Shown here one piece after another: positions 37,616 to 47,717 of a DNA stretch of 64,000 bases. The notes below the pieces were generated by a model. That model was not told the DNA's origin. It searched no databases and saw only the letters and a program-made list of their open reading frames with translations. Numbering within the stretch: position 1 is the first letter of the stretch; every line of letters begins with the position of its first letter. Source of the DNA: an uncultured Solirubrobacteraceae bacterium (GTDB taxonomy: Bacteria; Actinomycetota; Thermoleophilia; Solirubrobacterales; Solirubrobacteraceae); the NCBI GenBank assembly GCA_963700025.1, contig CAVOWC010000008.1:501789-565788 (forward strand), written 5' to 3'. Position numbers and translations under genes: made by a program.

Positions 37616-40264
37616 ATGAGGGTTCGATTCCTGGCCGCCGCGGCAAGCGCGGCCATGCTGACCGGCGCCGGCGCGGCACAGGCCGCCGGCGCGGCACAGA
37701 CGGCCGGCGCGGCACAGGCCGGCGGCGCGGCACAGGCCGCCGGCGCGGAGCTGTCGACGAGCAACCGGCTGCAGGACCGGCGTGAGGTCGCCGCCGGGCA
37801 GCGGTCCTACGCGGTGGGCTTCGAGGACGGTCGCTTCTACGCCAACGGCTGGCACATCACCGGCGAGATGGGCGGCATCTGGACGCCTCCGCTGAAGCTC
37901 GCCGACGGCGTGTGGTTCGGCGTGGACGGCCACTGGGTCGCCCCGGCCACGCGGTTCTTCAGCGGCGAGGGCTACACACGCTTCCAGCTGCCGAGCATCG
38001 ACGGCCTGAGCCTGACGCGGACCGACTTCGCACCTGACGACCGGCGAGCCGTCCTGTTCGGACTGAACGTGACGAACCCGAGCGGGTCGGCGCGGACCGT
38101 CAGCCTGACCGTCGACGCGCATTCGGAGCTGATGACCGCCTACCCGTGGAGCGGGAGTCAGAACACGCCCAATGCGAGCAGCAACCTGCCCGACCACGGA
38201 AGCTTCACCGGCACCGCGCTGCAGTTCACCGACACGGGGTCGCCCTCCGGCGCGCCGGGGCACGATTACGCGGCGCTCGTGGGCGCCAACCTCCGGCCGG
38301 TCTCGGGCACCGCAGCGGCCGTCGGTGGCACCTTCCGCGGCCCGCAGGGTGACCGCGTCTGCGCCTCGACCGACCAGACCTCGCCGCCGAGCGCCTGCGA
38401 TGACGGCCCCGACGGACGAGGGACCGGAGGCGAGCTGCGGTACCGCCTCGCGATCGGAGCCCGCTCGACGCGGACGTTGTGGGTGGCCGCCGCCGGAAGC
38501 GACCGGGGCGGCGTGCCCGCGGCCGAGCATGAGCTGAGCAGCGCCCTCGGCGCCCCTGCGCGCGAGCTCGCGGCCAAGATCTCCGCCCGCACCCGTCTCG
38601 CTGCCTGGTCCGAGGTCTCACTGCCCGGCGATCGGCTGCTGCAGCAGGCGGTCACGTGGGGCAAGCAGAACCTGGCCGACCTGACCCAGACCGCCTCGAA
38701 TCTGAAGATCCGCTGGACCAACCAGGGCACGCAGCTTCCGCCGTCGCTGGGCACGATCGCTCACGCCCGCTGGTTCGCCGCCGGATTCCCGGATTACCCG
38801 TGGCTGTTCGCCACCGACGGTGAGTACACGACATTCGTGGCCGTCGCGCTGGGACAGTTCGCCGTCGCCGAGGACCACCTCCGCGCCCTGCGCGACGTCT
38901 CGGACATCCTCAACCAGCGCTCCGGCATCGTCGCGCACGAGGTCGTCTCCGACGGGTCGGTCTACTTCGGCCATGACTCGGTGACGACGAACCCGGACGG
39001 CAGCACGACGAATGACTTCAACACCGACGAGACGGTCAAGTTTCCGAGCGCGGTGGCGCTGATTTGGCGCTGGACGGGCGACAACCGGTTCCGCGACGAG
39101 ATGTACGACTTCACCCGGCGCAACATGCTGGCCATCGACCACCGCTTCGATGTCGACCACGACGGCTGGCCCGAGGGATCGGGGAACGTGGAGCGACCGG
39201 GGATGGGGCCGGAGAAGCTCGACAACGGCATCTACTACATGCGCGGCCTGTACGACCTCGCCGACATGGCGCGCTCCAAGCACGATGCGGCCACGGCGTC
39301 GTGGGCCTCCGGCCTGGCCACACGGCTGCGGCTCCAGTTCGAGCGCACCTGGTGGGACGCGCCCGCGGGCCAGTACGCGGACTCACTGCTCGATCCGGGC
39401 AACGTCCAGTCCTTCCAGAAGCACTGGATCGGCGAGGTGCCGATGGAGGCCGAGCTCACCCAGGGCACGACCGCGATCCCCGGCGTCGCCGCCTACGATC
39501 ACGGGGTGACGGCGCTCGCCGGCCGCGAGAGCTCGTGCTACAGCGGCAGCCGCCCCGGCAGCCTCGGCCTCTTCCACACCGCCTGCGGCGGCGGCGCCGA
39601 CGGCAAGGGGGACTTCGAGGTCTTCTCGCTGACCACGGCGATCCAGGCCGTCGGCGAGGGCAACTACGGGCGCCTCGGGGCCGGGCAGCAGCGACGCTAC
39701 ACCGACGCCAACGCCGAGACGATGTTCGCCGAGCCGGCCACCGGGGGCACCCCCGACGAGCAGCCCGGGGCGATGCCGGAGGTGTTCCCATCCGCGCCGC
39801 AGGGCAGCCTGGCCGCCGGAACCGAGCCGAACATCGACCGCTGCTGGACCTGCCGCTCGATGGTCATGCAGGCCTGGGGCAACTACGGCACGGTGTGGCC
39901 GGTCATCCACCAGCAGCTCGGTGTCCGCCCGTTCCTGAACGACGGTGAGCTTGACGTGGTGCCGCAGGTGCCACCGGGTCAGGGCCGCGTCGCCGGCCGC
40001 CACATCCGGCTCGGAAGTGGCTGGGTGGACGTGGCCGCCGCGCAATCAGGTGCCCGCTTCACGACAAGTGTCGACGCGAGTGCCACCCCCGCGCAGGTGC
40101 TGAGGATCGGCGCCACCCTGACTCGCGGATCGCGTCCGCTCGTGGTTCGGCTCGACGGGCGGGTCGTCCATCGCTACGCGGTCGTGGACACCAACCGCGG
40201 CGTCGAGGTGACGGTCAGGGCCGCACCCCACGGGCGCCATGTGGTGAGCGTGGTATCGGGCTGA
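37616..40264 (+). CDS. secreted six-hairpin glycosidase (glycogen-debranching/amylo-1,6-glucosidase-like)
   Basis: GGAGGAG SD, signal peptide, AGFPDYPWLFATDGEY, WRWTGD, DVDHDGWPEG, PGAMPE, QAWG. Confidence 0.8.
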   Translation: MRVRFLAAAASAAMLTGAGAAQAAGAAQTAGAAQAGGAAQAAGAELSTSNRLQDRREVAAGQRSYAVGFEDGRFYANGWHITGEMGGIWTPPLKLADGVWFGVDGHWVAPATRFFSGEGYTRFQLPSIDGLSLTRTDFAPDDRRAVLFGLNVTNPSGSARTVSLTVDAHSELMTAYPWSGSQNTPNASSNLPDHGSFTGTALQFTDTGSPSGAPGHDYAALVGANLRPVSGTAAAVGGTFRGPQGDRVCASTDQTSPPSACDDGPDGRGTGGELRYRLAIGARSTRTLWVAAAGSDRGGVPAAEHELSSALGAPARELAAKISARTRLAAWSEVSLPGDRLLQQAVTWGKQNLADLTQTASNLKIRWTNQGTQLPPSLGTIAHARWFAAGFPDYPWLFATDGEYTTFVAVALGQFAVAEDHLRALRDVSDILNQRSGIVAHEVVSDGSVYFGHDSVTTNPDGSTTNDFNTDETVKFPSAVALIWRWTGDNRFRDEMYDFTRRNMLAIDHRFDVDHDGWPEGSGNVERPGMGPEKLDNGIYYMRGLYDLADMARSKHDAATASWASGLATRLRLQFERTWWDAPAGQYADSLLDPGNVQSFQKHWIGEVPMEAELTQGTTAIPGVAAYDHGVTALAGRESSCYSGSRPGSLGLFHTACGGGADGKGDFEVFSLTTAIQAVGEGNYGRLGAGQQRRYTDANAETMFAEPATGGTPDEQPGAMPEVFPSAPQGSLAAGTEPNIDRCWTCRSMVMQAWGNYGTVWPVIHQQLGVRPFLNDGELDVVPQVPPGQGRVAGRHIRLGSGWVDVAAAQSGARFTTSVDASATPAQVLRIGATLTRGSRPLVVRLDGRVVHRYAVVDTNRGVEVTVRAAPHGRHVVSVVSG
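37667..37748 (+). repeat. 18-bp tandem repeat (about 4.5 copies) encoding AGAAQA
   Basis: GCCGGCGCGGCACAGGCC-like units at 37667, 37685, 37703, 37721 and 37739. Confidence 0.9.
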
Positions 40265-40546
40265 GCCGCGGGCGCGAGACCCACGTTGGTGTTCACGCCC
40301 GTGGGAGCATGCCCGCCCGGATGAGCGCCGGCGCACCCAGGCGGTGCCCCTGGACGAGATCGAGCTCATCCAGGCGACCGAGCTGCGGAGTCTGCACGAC
40401 ACGATCGAGGCCGGTCGCGGCTCAGCTCGTGCGTGGCGGCTACGACCACATCGACGCCCGGCAGCTGATGACCTCGGAGCGTGTCGCCGCGCATACACGT
40501 GCGCGATGTCACAAACACGCGAGTGCCGGTGCGAGACAGTCAGCGC

Positions 40547-40990
40547 GTGGCAACGTGGACAGCACATACGACCGTGCCGGGACTCCCGGATCAGGTGCTG
40601 GCACTGCTCACCGAACCCGAGGCGATCGCCCGCTGGGCGCCGATCGACTTCGAGGTCCTCGACTTCCGCGGCGGGCGTCTGATCGCCGGCGACCGGGTTC
40701 AGGTCCAGGGCTCGCTGGCGGGGCGCTCGTTCGACTTCGAGGTCGAGGTCGACGAAGCGCAGGGCGGTCGTCTGGTGCTGAGCGCGATCGGTCCGATCCG
40801 CCTCGACGTCGAGTACCTCGCCACGCCCGTCGAGGACGGCAGCGAGGTCCACGCCAGCGTCGCCGTGTCGGGGCGCGGAGTGTTCGGCCGCCTCCTCGCC
40901 CAGGCGACGGACGCGCTCCTGGCCGCCGGCGCGCTCAGCACGGCCATCGGCCGGATCGCGCGTGAGCTCGAGCCGGCGCTGGCGGGGTGA
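40547..40990 (+). CDS. SRPBCC/polyketide cyclase family protein
   Basis: PDQVLALLTEPEAIARWAP, beta-rich middle, C-terminal helix. Confidence 0.8.
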   Translation: MATWTAHTTVPGLPDQVLALLTEPEAIARWAPIDFEVLDFRGGRLIAGDRVQVQGSLAGRSFDFEVEVDEAQGGRLVLSAIGPIRLDVEYLATPVEDGSEVHASVAVSGRGVFGRLLAQATDALLAAGALSTAIGRIARELEPALAG

Positions 40991-41088
40991 GCGGAGCGGC
41001 CGGGCCCGCGGTTGGCGTCCGGTGCAGCCGCCGCTGCCGCGCTGAGGCTGTCCGCCGAGAGGTTGTCGGGTGGGGCCTGGGTAAACGG

Positions 41089-41204
41089 GGGTGCAAAAGT
41101 CGTCAAACCGCCGGCCCGCCGGCGACTTTGCGCGCCTAAGCGCGAGCGGCGCTTAGATGGCCAACGAAGCTCCCACCGAGGGTAATTTGGCAAGTTATGC
41201 ACCC
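41089..41204. other. structured intergenic element with imperfect terminal inverted repeats (MITE/REP-like or ncRNA)
   Basis: GGGTGCAAAAGTCGTCAAA ... TTTGGCAAGTTATGCACCC with internal stems AAAGTCG/CGACTTT and CTAAGCGC/GCGCTTAG. Confidence 0.55.
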
Positions 41205-41470
41205 TCGGAATCCGGTGCATCGGGTGCTTGGCTCTACAGACGCGGCCCGTCGACGTGACAACCGGGCAGCCGAGCCCGCACCGGCGCTGATCGAGCTGCT
41301 CGGCCGGCCGCGCCACCGAGAGGTGACGAAATCGGGGACCGCCCCACCCGGCACTCCCGCGCCTGTCCCCGACCCAAGCCGCCCCCCGAACCAACCCCCC
41401 GCGAACCCCGGGTTAGCCCCCACCGTGGCGGGTACATAGAAATAAGCAGCCTGCGACCCGAGGGGGAATC

Positions 41471-41845
41471 ATGGCCGGTAGCGAGCAGCAGCAGGGGTCG
41501 GTGAAGCCGAGCGAGCAGCGTGGCGGCACGACACCCGACGGTGCCGAGACGCGTGCGAAGGGGCAGTGGGCGGGCAAGGCCGGCGAGGGCGTAGTACCCG
41601 CCGAGCTCGGTGGCACCGACGCCCCGCGGGAGATGCTGCCGCAGGATCCCGAGCTCGGCAGCTCCGTGCTCGGACGGACCACGGGCTCGGACGAGCCGGC
41701 GACCACCACCGGCGTCGACCCCGCCGGCGGCGACAGCGCCGACGCGACCGCCGACGGCGGCCCCGATCTCGCCATGGGCGCGGAGCCCGACCTCAAGGAC
41801 GCGGCCGCGGCCTCACGCCGACCCGACGACGGGCAGACGGGCTGA
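41471..41845 (+). CDS. hydrophilic acidic hypothetical protein
   Basis: GAGGGG SD; GGTT-N15-GGGTA promoter-like element at 41411-41434. Confidence 0.78.
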   Translation: MAGSEQQQGSVKPSEQRGGTTPDGAETRAKGQWAGKAGEGVVPAELGGTDAPREMLPQDPELGSSVLGRTTGSDEPATTTGVDPAGGDSADATADGGPDLAMGAEPDLKDAAAASRRPDDGQTG

Positions 41846-41853
41846 TCACGGCG

Positions 41854-42297
41854 ATGGCCACGAACCGCGAACACATCGCCACGACGCCCGAGCGGGTCTT
41901 CGCCGTGCTGTCGGAACCGGGCAATTACGCCGACTGGGTCGTGGGCTCGGACTCGATCCGCGACGCCGACCCCCATTGGCCGGCGGTCGGCTCACGCTTC
42001 TACCACCGGGTCGGCACGGGTCCGCTGAAGGTCTCCGATCACACCGAGGTGATCGACGCCGACCCGCCGCGCCGGCTCGTGCTCCACGCCCGCGCGCGGC
42101 CGCTCGGCACGGCCGTCGTCACCCTCGAGCTCGAGCCGCGCGACGGCGGCACCGAGGTGACGATGACCGAGACCGCCGGCGATCCGCTCTCGCGGCTGGC
42201 GATCAACCGTCTCACCGACCCGCTCGTCCACGCGCGCAACGTCAAGTCGCTGCAGCGCCTGAGGCGGATCGCCGAGACCGGCGCAGTCAAGGCGTAG
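41854..42297 (+). CDS. SRPBCC family protein
   Basis: PERVFAVLSEP..YADWVVG, ARPLG, RNVKSLQRL. Confidence 0.88.
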   Translation: MATNREHIATTPERVFAVLSEPGNYADWVVGSDSIRDADPHWPAVGSRFYHRVGTGPLKVSDHTEVIDADPPRRLVLHARARPLGTAVVTLELEPRDGGTEVTMTETAGDPLSRLAINRLTDPLVHARNVKSLQRLRRIAETGAVKA

Positions 42298-42373
42298 TAA
42301 CCGCGCGCGCCCCCGGCCCACGCCCACCCCCGCGCCCACCACGCCGCCAGCACCCCGCCCCCACCCCGGACGC

Positions 42374-43909
42374 TCACGCCCGCCACGGGCGCATCCGCCG
42401 GTCGGCCAGCAGGGCGCGCGCCGCCGAGCGCCCACCCATCCCGTGCACGGCGCCACCGGGGTGCACCGAGGCGCCGGCGACGTAGAGACCCTTCAGCGGG
42501 GTGCGGTAACGGCACAGCTCGGGGGCGGGGCGGAACAGCAACTGCTGGTCGAGCTCGTACGAGCCGCCGGCGATGTCGCCGCCGACGAGGCTCGGGTTCT
42601 CGGCCTCCGTCATCTGCGGGTTGCGGATGGCGCGGGCCAGCACCGTCTCCGAGAAGCCGGGGGCGAACCGCTCGAGCTGAGACTCGACCCGGGCGGCGAC
42701 CTCCTCATCGGAGCAGGTGTAGCGCGCCGGCACGTGGGCGTAGCAGTACAGCGTGTGCTGTCCCTCCGGGGCGCGGGTCGGATCCTCGAGCGTGTGCTGG
42801 CCGACGACGAGCGCCGGTCGCTCGGGCATCTCGCCCCGCGCGCCGGCCTGCGCGGCCGCCGCCAGCTCCTGCAATCCGCCGCCCACGTGGACGACGGCCG
42901 CTCGGCGGGGCTCCGGCGCCGTCCAGGGCACCGGCGCGCGGAGCGCGTAGTCGAGCTTGAACGCCGCCGTCGCGTAACGCCAGATGCGCAGCCGGCGCAG
43001 GAGCCGGTGCGGCAGCGCCTCGTCGGGCAGGAGCTCCGCGAGCGGGCGGGCGCTGATCGTGCTGACGACGTCGCGGGCCGGGATCTCCTCACCGCCGCGC
43101 AATGCCACACCGGCCGTGCGGTCGCTGCGCACGAGCACGCGCGCGACGTGCGCATCGCAGCGCACGACGACGCCCTCCCGCCTGGCGATGGCCATCAGCG
43201 CATCGGCGATCCTGCCCTGACCGCCCTCGGGGAAGGGCCAGCCGTGGGAGTGGGCGACGAGCTGCAGCAGGAAGCCGAAGGCCCCGCTGCCGGCCGTGGT
43301 GGGTGGAAGGCCCGAGTGCTGCGCCGAGCCGGCGAGCCACGCGGTGGGCCGCGTCGCACCGTCGAACAGGTCGAGACCGAGGGCCTCGACCGAGCCCGCC
43401 ATGCGACGGGCGAGCAGGAGCGCGTCGCGCCGGAGCGAGGCGATGAGCGTGAGCGGGGGCAGGACGGGCGGGAGCGGACCGAGGATCGACTTGACCAGCG
43501 CATCGGCCAGCGGCCGGTACTGCTCGATCAGCTTCCGCCACGGCGCTCCGGCACCTGGATCGCTGCGCTCCAGCGACGCCACCGTCGCGTCGAGTCCGTG
43601 ATGCAGCGCGATCGCCGTCCCGTCCTCGAACGGATGGGCCATGATCGCGTCGGGATGGATCCATCGCAGGCCCTCGGCCTCGAGCTCGAGCTCGCGGATC
43701 GCCGGCGAGGCGACGGTCATCGGGTTGAAGCCGGCGCAGTGATCGTGAATGAAGCCCGGCAGCGTCAGCTCACCGCTCGAGGACGCGCCACCGGGCCGCG
43801 GCGCGTGCTCGAGCACCGTCACGGCCAGTCCGGCCCGCGCCAGCGCGATCGCGCACACGAGCCCGTTCGAGCCGGCGCCGATGACGATGACGCGGCGGTC
43901 GCGGCTCAT
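42374..43909 (-). CDS. phytoene-desaturase-like FAD-dependent oxidoreductase
   Basis: IGAGSNGL, PGGASSS, PEGGQG, GGDIAGG, YRTPLKGLY, PGGAVHGMGG. Confidence 0.9.
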   Translation of the reverse strand: MSRDRRVIVIGAGSNGLVCAIALARAGLAVTVLEHAPRPGGASSSGELTLPGFIHDHCAGFNPMTVASPAIRELELEAEGLRWIHPDAIMAHPFEDGTAIALHHGLDATVASLERSDPGAGAPWRKLIEQYRPLADALVKSILGPLPPVLPPLTLIASLRRDALLLARRMAGSVEALGLDLFDGATRPTAWLAGSAQHSGLPPTTAGSGAFGFLLQLVAHSHGWPFPEGGQGRIADALMAIARREGVVVRCDAHVARVLVRSDRTAGVALRGGEEIPARDVVSTISARPLAELLPDEALPHRLLRRLRIWRYATAAFKLDYALRAPVPWTAPEPRRAAVVHVGGGLQELAAAAQAGARGEMPERPALVVGQHTLEDPTRAPEGQHTLYCYAHVPARYTCSDEEVAARVESQLERFAPGFSETVLARAIRNPQMTEAENPSLVGGDIAGGSYELDQQLLFRPAPELCRYRTPLKGLYVAGASVHPGGAVHGMGGRSAARALLADRRMRPWRA

Positions 43910-44172
43910 CGGGTCCGATCCCGCTGGCGGAAGCTCAGGGACATCGCCGATCCCCTACCCGGGTTGCGCTTCCCGTACCCCCCCGGCCGATCGGCCGGAG
44001 ACCCGGCCTCACCCTGTAGCGGGCCATCCGTCCCCACTGTAGAGAGCACGTCAGCTCGGCTCGGCGGAGCGCCACCCCGCCCGATGGATACGCGCCGGGC
44101 GCCGCATCGCCGGCGGTCATTCGTTCACGCGATGGCCGATTGCCCCGGCGATCCATCTGCTAGACCCTTGAC

Positions 44173-46564
44173 ATGTCCGAGATCGCGCCTGCGAGCAGTC
44201 CGGACGGCGGCCCGCTGTCGGCGGCCGACGTCGAGCTGATCAACGCCTACTGGCGGGCGGCCAACTACCTGTCGGTGGGGCAGATCTACCTGCTCGCCAA
44301 CCCGCTGCTGCGCGAGCCGCTGGCGGTCGAGCACATCAAGCCGCGGTTGCTCGGCCACTGGGGGACGACGCCGGGACTGAACTTTCTCTATGCCCACCTC
44401 AATCGCGTGATCCGGGCTCGGGACCTCAACGCGATCTTCGTCACCGGGCCCGGGCACGGCGGCCCGGGACTGGTCGCCAACACGTACCTCGAGGGCACCT
44501 ACACCGAGGTCTACACCCGCATCGGTCACGACGAGGAGGGGCTGCGGCGGCTGTTTCGCCAGTTCTCATTCCCCGGCGGGATTCCCAGCCACGTCGCGCC
44601 CGAGACGCCCGGTTCGATCCACGAGGGGGGCGAGCTGGGCTACGCGCTCGTGCACGCCTACGGCGCGGCGTTCGACAACCCGGATCTGCTCGTCGCGTGC
44701 GTGATCGGCGATGGGGAGGCGGAGACCGGCCCGCTGGCGGCAAGCTGGCACTCCAACAAGTTCCTCAACCCGGTCAGCGACGGCGCCGTGCTGCCGATCC
44801 TGCACCTGAACGGGTACAAGATCGCCAACCCCACCGTGCTCGCGCGGATCCCACCGGGCGAGCTGCGCTCGCTGCTCGAGGGCTACGGCTACGCGCCACG
44901 GTTCGTCGAGGGCTCCGACCCCGCCGCCATGCATCAGCTGATGGCCGCGACCCTCGACGAGGTCGTCGAGGAGATCGCCACGATCCAGCGTGCCGCCCGC
45001 GACGAGGGGGAGACGGCCCGGCCGCGCTGGCCGATGATCGTGTTGCGCACGCCCAAGGGCTGGACCGGGCCCAAGGAGGTTGACGGCCTGCCGGCCGAGG
45101 GCTCGTTCCGCTCCCATCAGGTCCCGCTGTCGGAGGTGCGCACGAACCCGGCCCACCGCGCGCAGCTCGAGGAGTGGCTGCGCTCCTACCAGCCCGAGCA
45201 GCTGTTCGACGCCGCCGGCGCCCTGCGCGCGGAGCTCGCCGCCCTGGCGCCGACCGGGGCGCGCCGGATGGGCGCCAACCCGCACGCCAACGGCGGCTTG
45301 CTGCTGCGCGAGCTCGAGCTCCCCGACTTCCGTGACTACGCCGTGCCCGTGCCGGCGCCGGCCACCACCTACAGCGAGGCGACGCGGGTCCTCGGCGGCT
45401 TCCTGCGCGATGTCGTCAGCGCGAACCGAGACCGGTTCCGGATCATGGGGCCCGACGAGACCGCCTCCAACCGCCTGTCGGCGGTCTTCGAGGCCACCGA
45501 CCGCGTGTGGGAGGCCGAGCGCCTGGACACCGACGACCACCTCGCGCGGGACGGACGTGTGATGGAGGTCCTCTCCGAGCACCTCTGCCAGGGCTGGCTC
45601 GAGGGCTACCTGCTGACCGGTCGGCATGGGTTGTTCAACTGCTACGAGGCGTTCATCCACATCATCGACTCGATGTTCAATCAGCACGCCAAGTGGCTGA
45701 AGGTCACCCGCGACATCCCGTGGCGGCGCCCGATCGCCTCGCTGACCTACCTGCTCTCCTCTCACGTCTGGCGCCAGGACCACAACGGGTTCTCGCATCA
45801 GGATCCGGGCTTCATCGACCACGTCGCCAACAAGCGGGCGGAGATCGTGCGGGTGTACCTGCCGCCCGGACGCGAACTGTCTGCTGTCGGTGGCCGACCA
45901 CTGCCTGCGCTCACGCCATTACGTCAACGTGATCGTGGCCGGCAAGCAGCCGGCGCTCGACTACCTGACGATGGACGAGGCGATCGCCCACTGCACCCGG
46001 GGCATCGGCGTGTGGGAATGGGCCTCCAGCGACAACGGCGCCGAGCCCGACGTGGTGCTCGCGTGCGCCGGCGACGTGCCGACGCTGGAGACGCTCTCAG
46101 CGGCGGCACTGATCCGCGAGCACCTCCCCGAGCTCAAGGTCCGCGTGATCAACGTCGTCGACCTGATGCGCCTGCAGCCCGACACCGAGCACCCGCACGG
46201 CCTCTCGGACCGTGAGTTCAATGCCCTGTTCACGACCTCGCGGCCGGTGATCTTCGCCTACCACGGCTACCCGTGGATGATCCACCGCCTCACCTACCGG
46301 CGCACCAACCACCACGAGATCCACGTGCGCGGCTACAAGGAGGAGGGCACGACGACCACGCCCTTCGACATGGTGATGCTCAACGACCTCGACCGCTTCC
46401 ATCTGGTCATGGACGTGATCGATCGCGTCCCCGGTCTGGGCGAGCGCGCGGCCGGGCTGCGCCAGGAGATGGTCGACGCACGGCTGCGCCACCGGGCCTA
46501 CACGCGCGAGACCGGCGACGATTCGCCGGAGGTGCGCGACTGGACCTGGCCGGGGCGAGCGTGA
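44173..46564 (+). CDS. xfp: xylulose-5-P/fructose-6-P phosphoketolase; single frameshift near 45868
   Basis: [44 protein letters not shown]|[14 protein letters not shown]. Confidence 0.95.
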
Positions 46565-46604
46565 GCGCGGACGGGCCGCGGCGTCACCCGCCGCGCCGGT
46601 AGCC

Positions 46605-47705
46605 GTGCGCGTGCTGATCGTCAACGCCGGCTCGAGCTCGCTCAAGCTGCGTCTGCTCGACGACGAGGACCGGATCCTCGCCGACCGAGAGTTGGCGGCG
46701 CCCGCGGCCCGGGTGGACGCGGCCGAGCTGAGGGCGGCCGTGGACGGCGACTTGGCCCGACCGGACGTCGTCGTGCACCGAATCGTCCACGGTGGTGAGC
46801 GCTTCCGGGAGGCGGTCCTGATCGATCCGGCCGTCGAGCAGTCGCTCCGCGAGCTGACCGCGCTCGCGCCCCTGCACCAGCCCAAGTCGCTGGCGGCGCT
46901 CGACGACGTCGCCCGGGCGACGCCCGGCGTGCCCGTCGTCGCCTGCTTCGACACCGCCTTCCATGCCACGCTGCCGCCGGCCGCGGCCACCTACGCGGTC
47001 CCGCTGCACTGGCGCGAGCGCTGGGGGATCCGGCGCTACGGCTTTCACGGCCTCTCGCACGCGTGGGTCGCCCAGCGGGCCGCGGCATGGCTCGGCGAGC
47101 GCGAGGCTCTGCGCGTCGTCAGCGCGCATCTCGGGGCCGGGGCCTCGCTGTGCGCGATCCGGGACGGCCGCTCGGTCGACACGACGATGGGGTTCACCCC
47201 GCTCGAGGGTCTCGTGATGGCGACCCGGTCCGGGTCGGTGGACCCGGGGCTGGTGCTGTGGCTGCAGGACAGCGCAGGCCTCTCAGCGCCGGAGCTGGCC
47301 CGCGCGCTCGAGCACGAGTCCGGTCTGTTGGGTCTCGGCGGCAGCGCCGACATGCGGACGATCGTCGAGCGGGCGGACGCCGGCGATCGCCGGGCGCGAC
47401 TGGCGCTCGACGTCTACGTGCACCGGCTGAAGGCCGGGGTCGCAGCCATGGCCGGAGCGCTCGGCGGCGTCGACGCGCTCGTCTTCACCGGCGGCGTCGG
47501 TGAACATTCGGCCCGGGTGCGGGCGCTCGCCGCCGCGGGCCTGGGATTCCTCGGCGTCGAGCTGGACACGGCCGCCAACGAGGCGGCCGCACCGGATACG
47601 GACATCTCGGCATCCGGTGCGAGCGTCCAGACGCTGGTCGTCGCTGCCCGCGAGGACCTGGTCATGGCGGCGCAGGCGCGCGCGCTGCTCCACCCCGGCG
47701 CGTGA
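46605..47705 (+). CDS. ackA: acetate/propionate kinase
   Basis: NAGSSSLK, HRIVHGG, APLH, FDTAFH, YGFHG, MGFTPLEG, FTGGVGE. Confidence 0.95.
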   Translation: MRVLIVNAGSSSLKLRLLDDEDRILADRELAAPAARVDAAELRAAVDGDLARPDVVVHRIVHGGERFREAVLIDPAVEQSLRELTALAPLHQPKSLAALDDVARATPGVPVVACFDTAFHATLPPAAATYAVPLHWRERWGIRRYGFHGLSHAWVAQRAAAWLGEREALRVVSAHLGAGASLCAIRDGRSVDTTMGFTPLEGLVMATRSGSVDPGLVLWLQDSAGLSAPELARALEHESGLLGLGGSADMRTIVERADAGDRRARLALDVYVHRLKAGVAAMAGALGGVDALVFTGGVGEHSARVRALAAAGLGFLGVELDTAANEAAAPDTDISASGASVQTLVVAAREDLVMAAQARALLHPGA

Positions 47706-47717
47706 CGGAGCGCCTCT

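Noticed and set aside
42374-43909. Carotenoid biosynthesis (crtI) assignment
   Set aside because: No crtB or crtE nearby; the motifs fit the broad desaturase-like oxidoreductase family only.
45860-45880. Programmed frameshift in xfp
   Set aside because: No slippery heptamer; a single extra base in a conserved LPPDAN motif matches the window-wide indel pattern.
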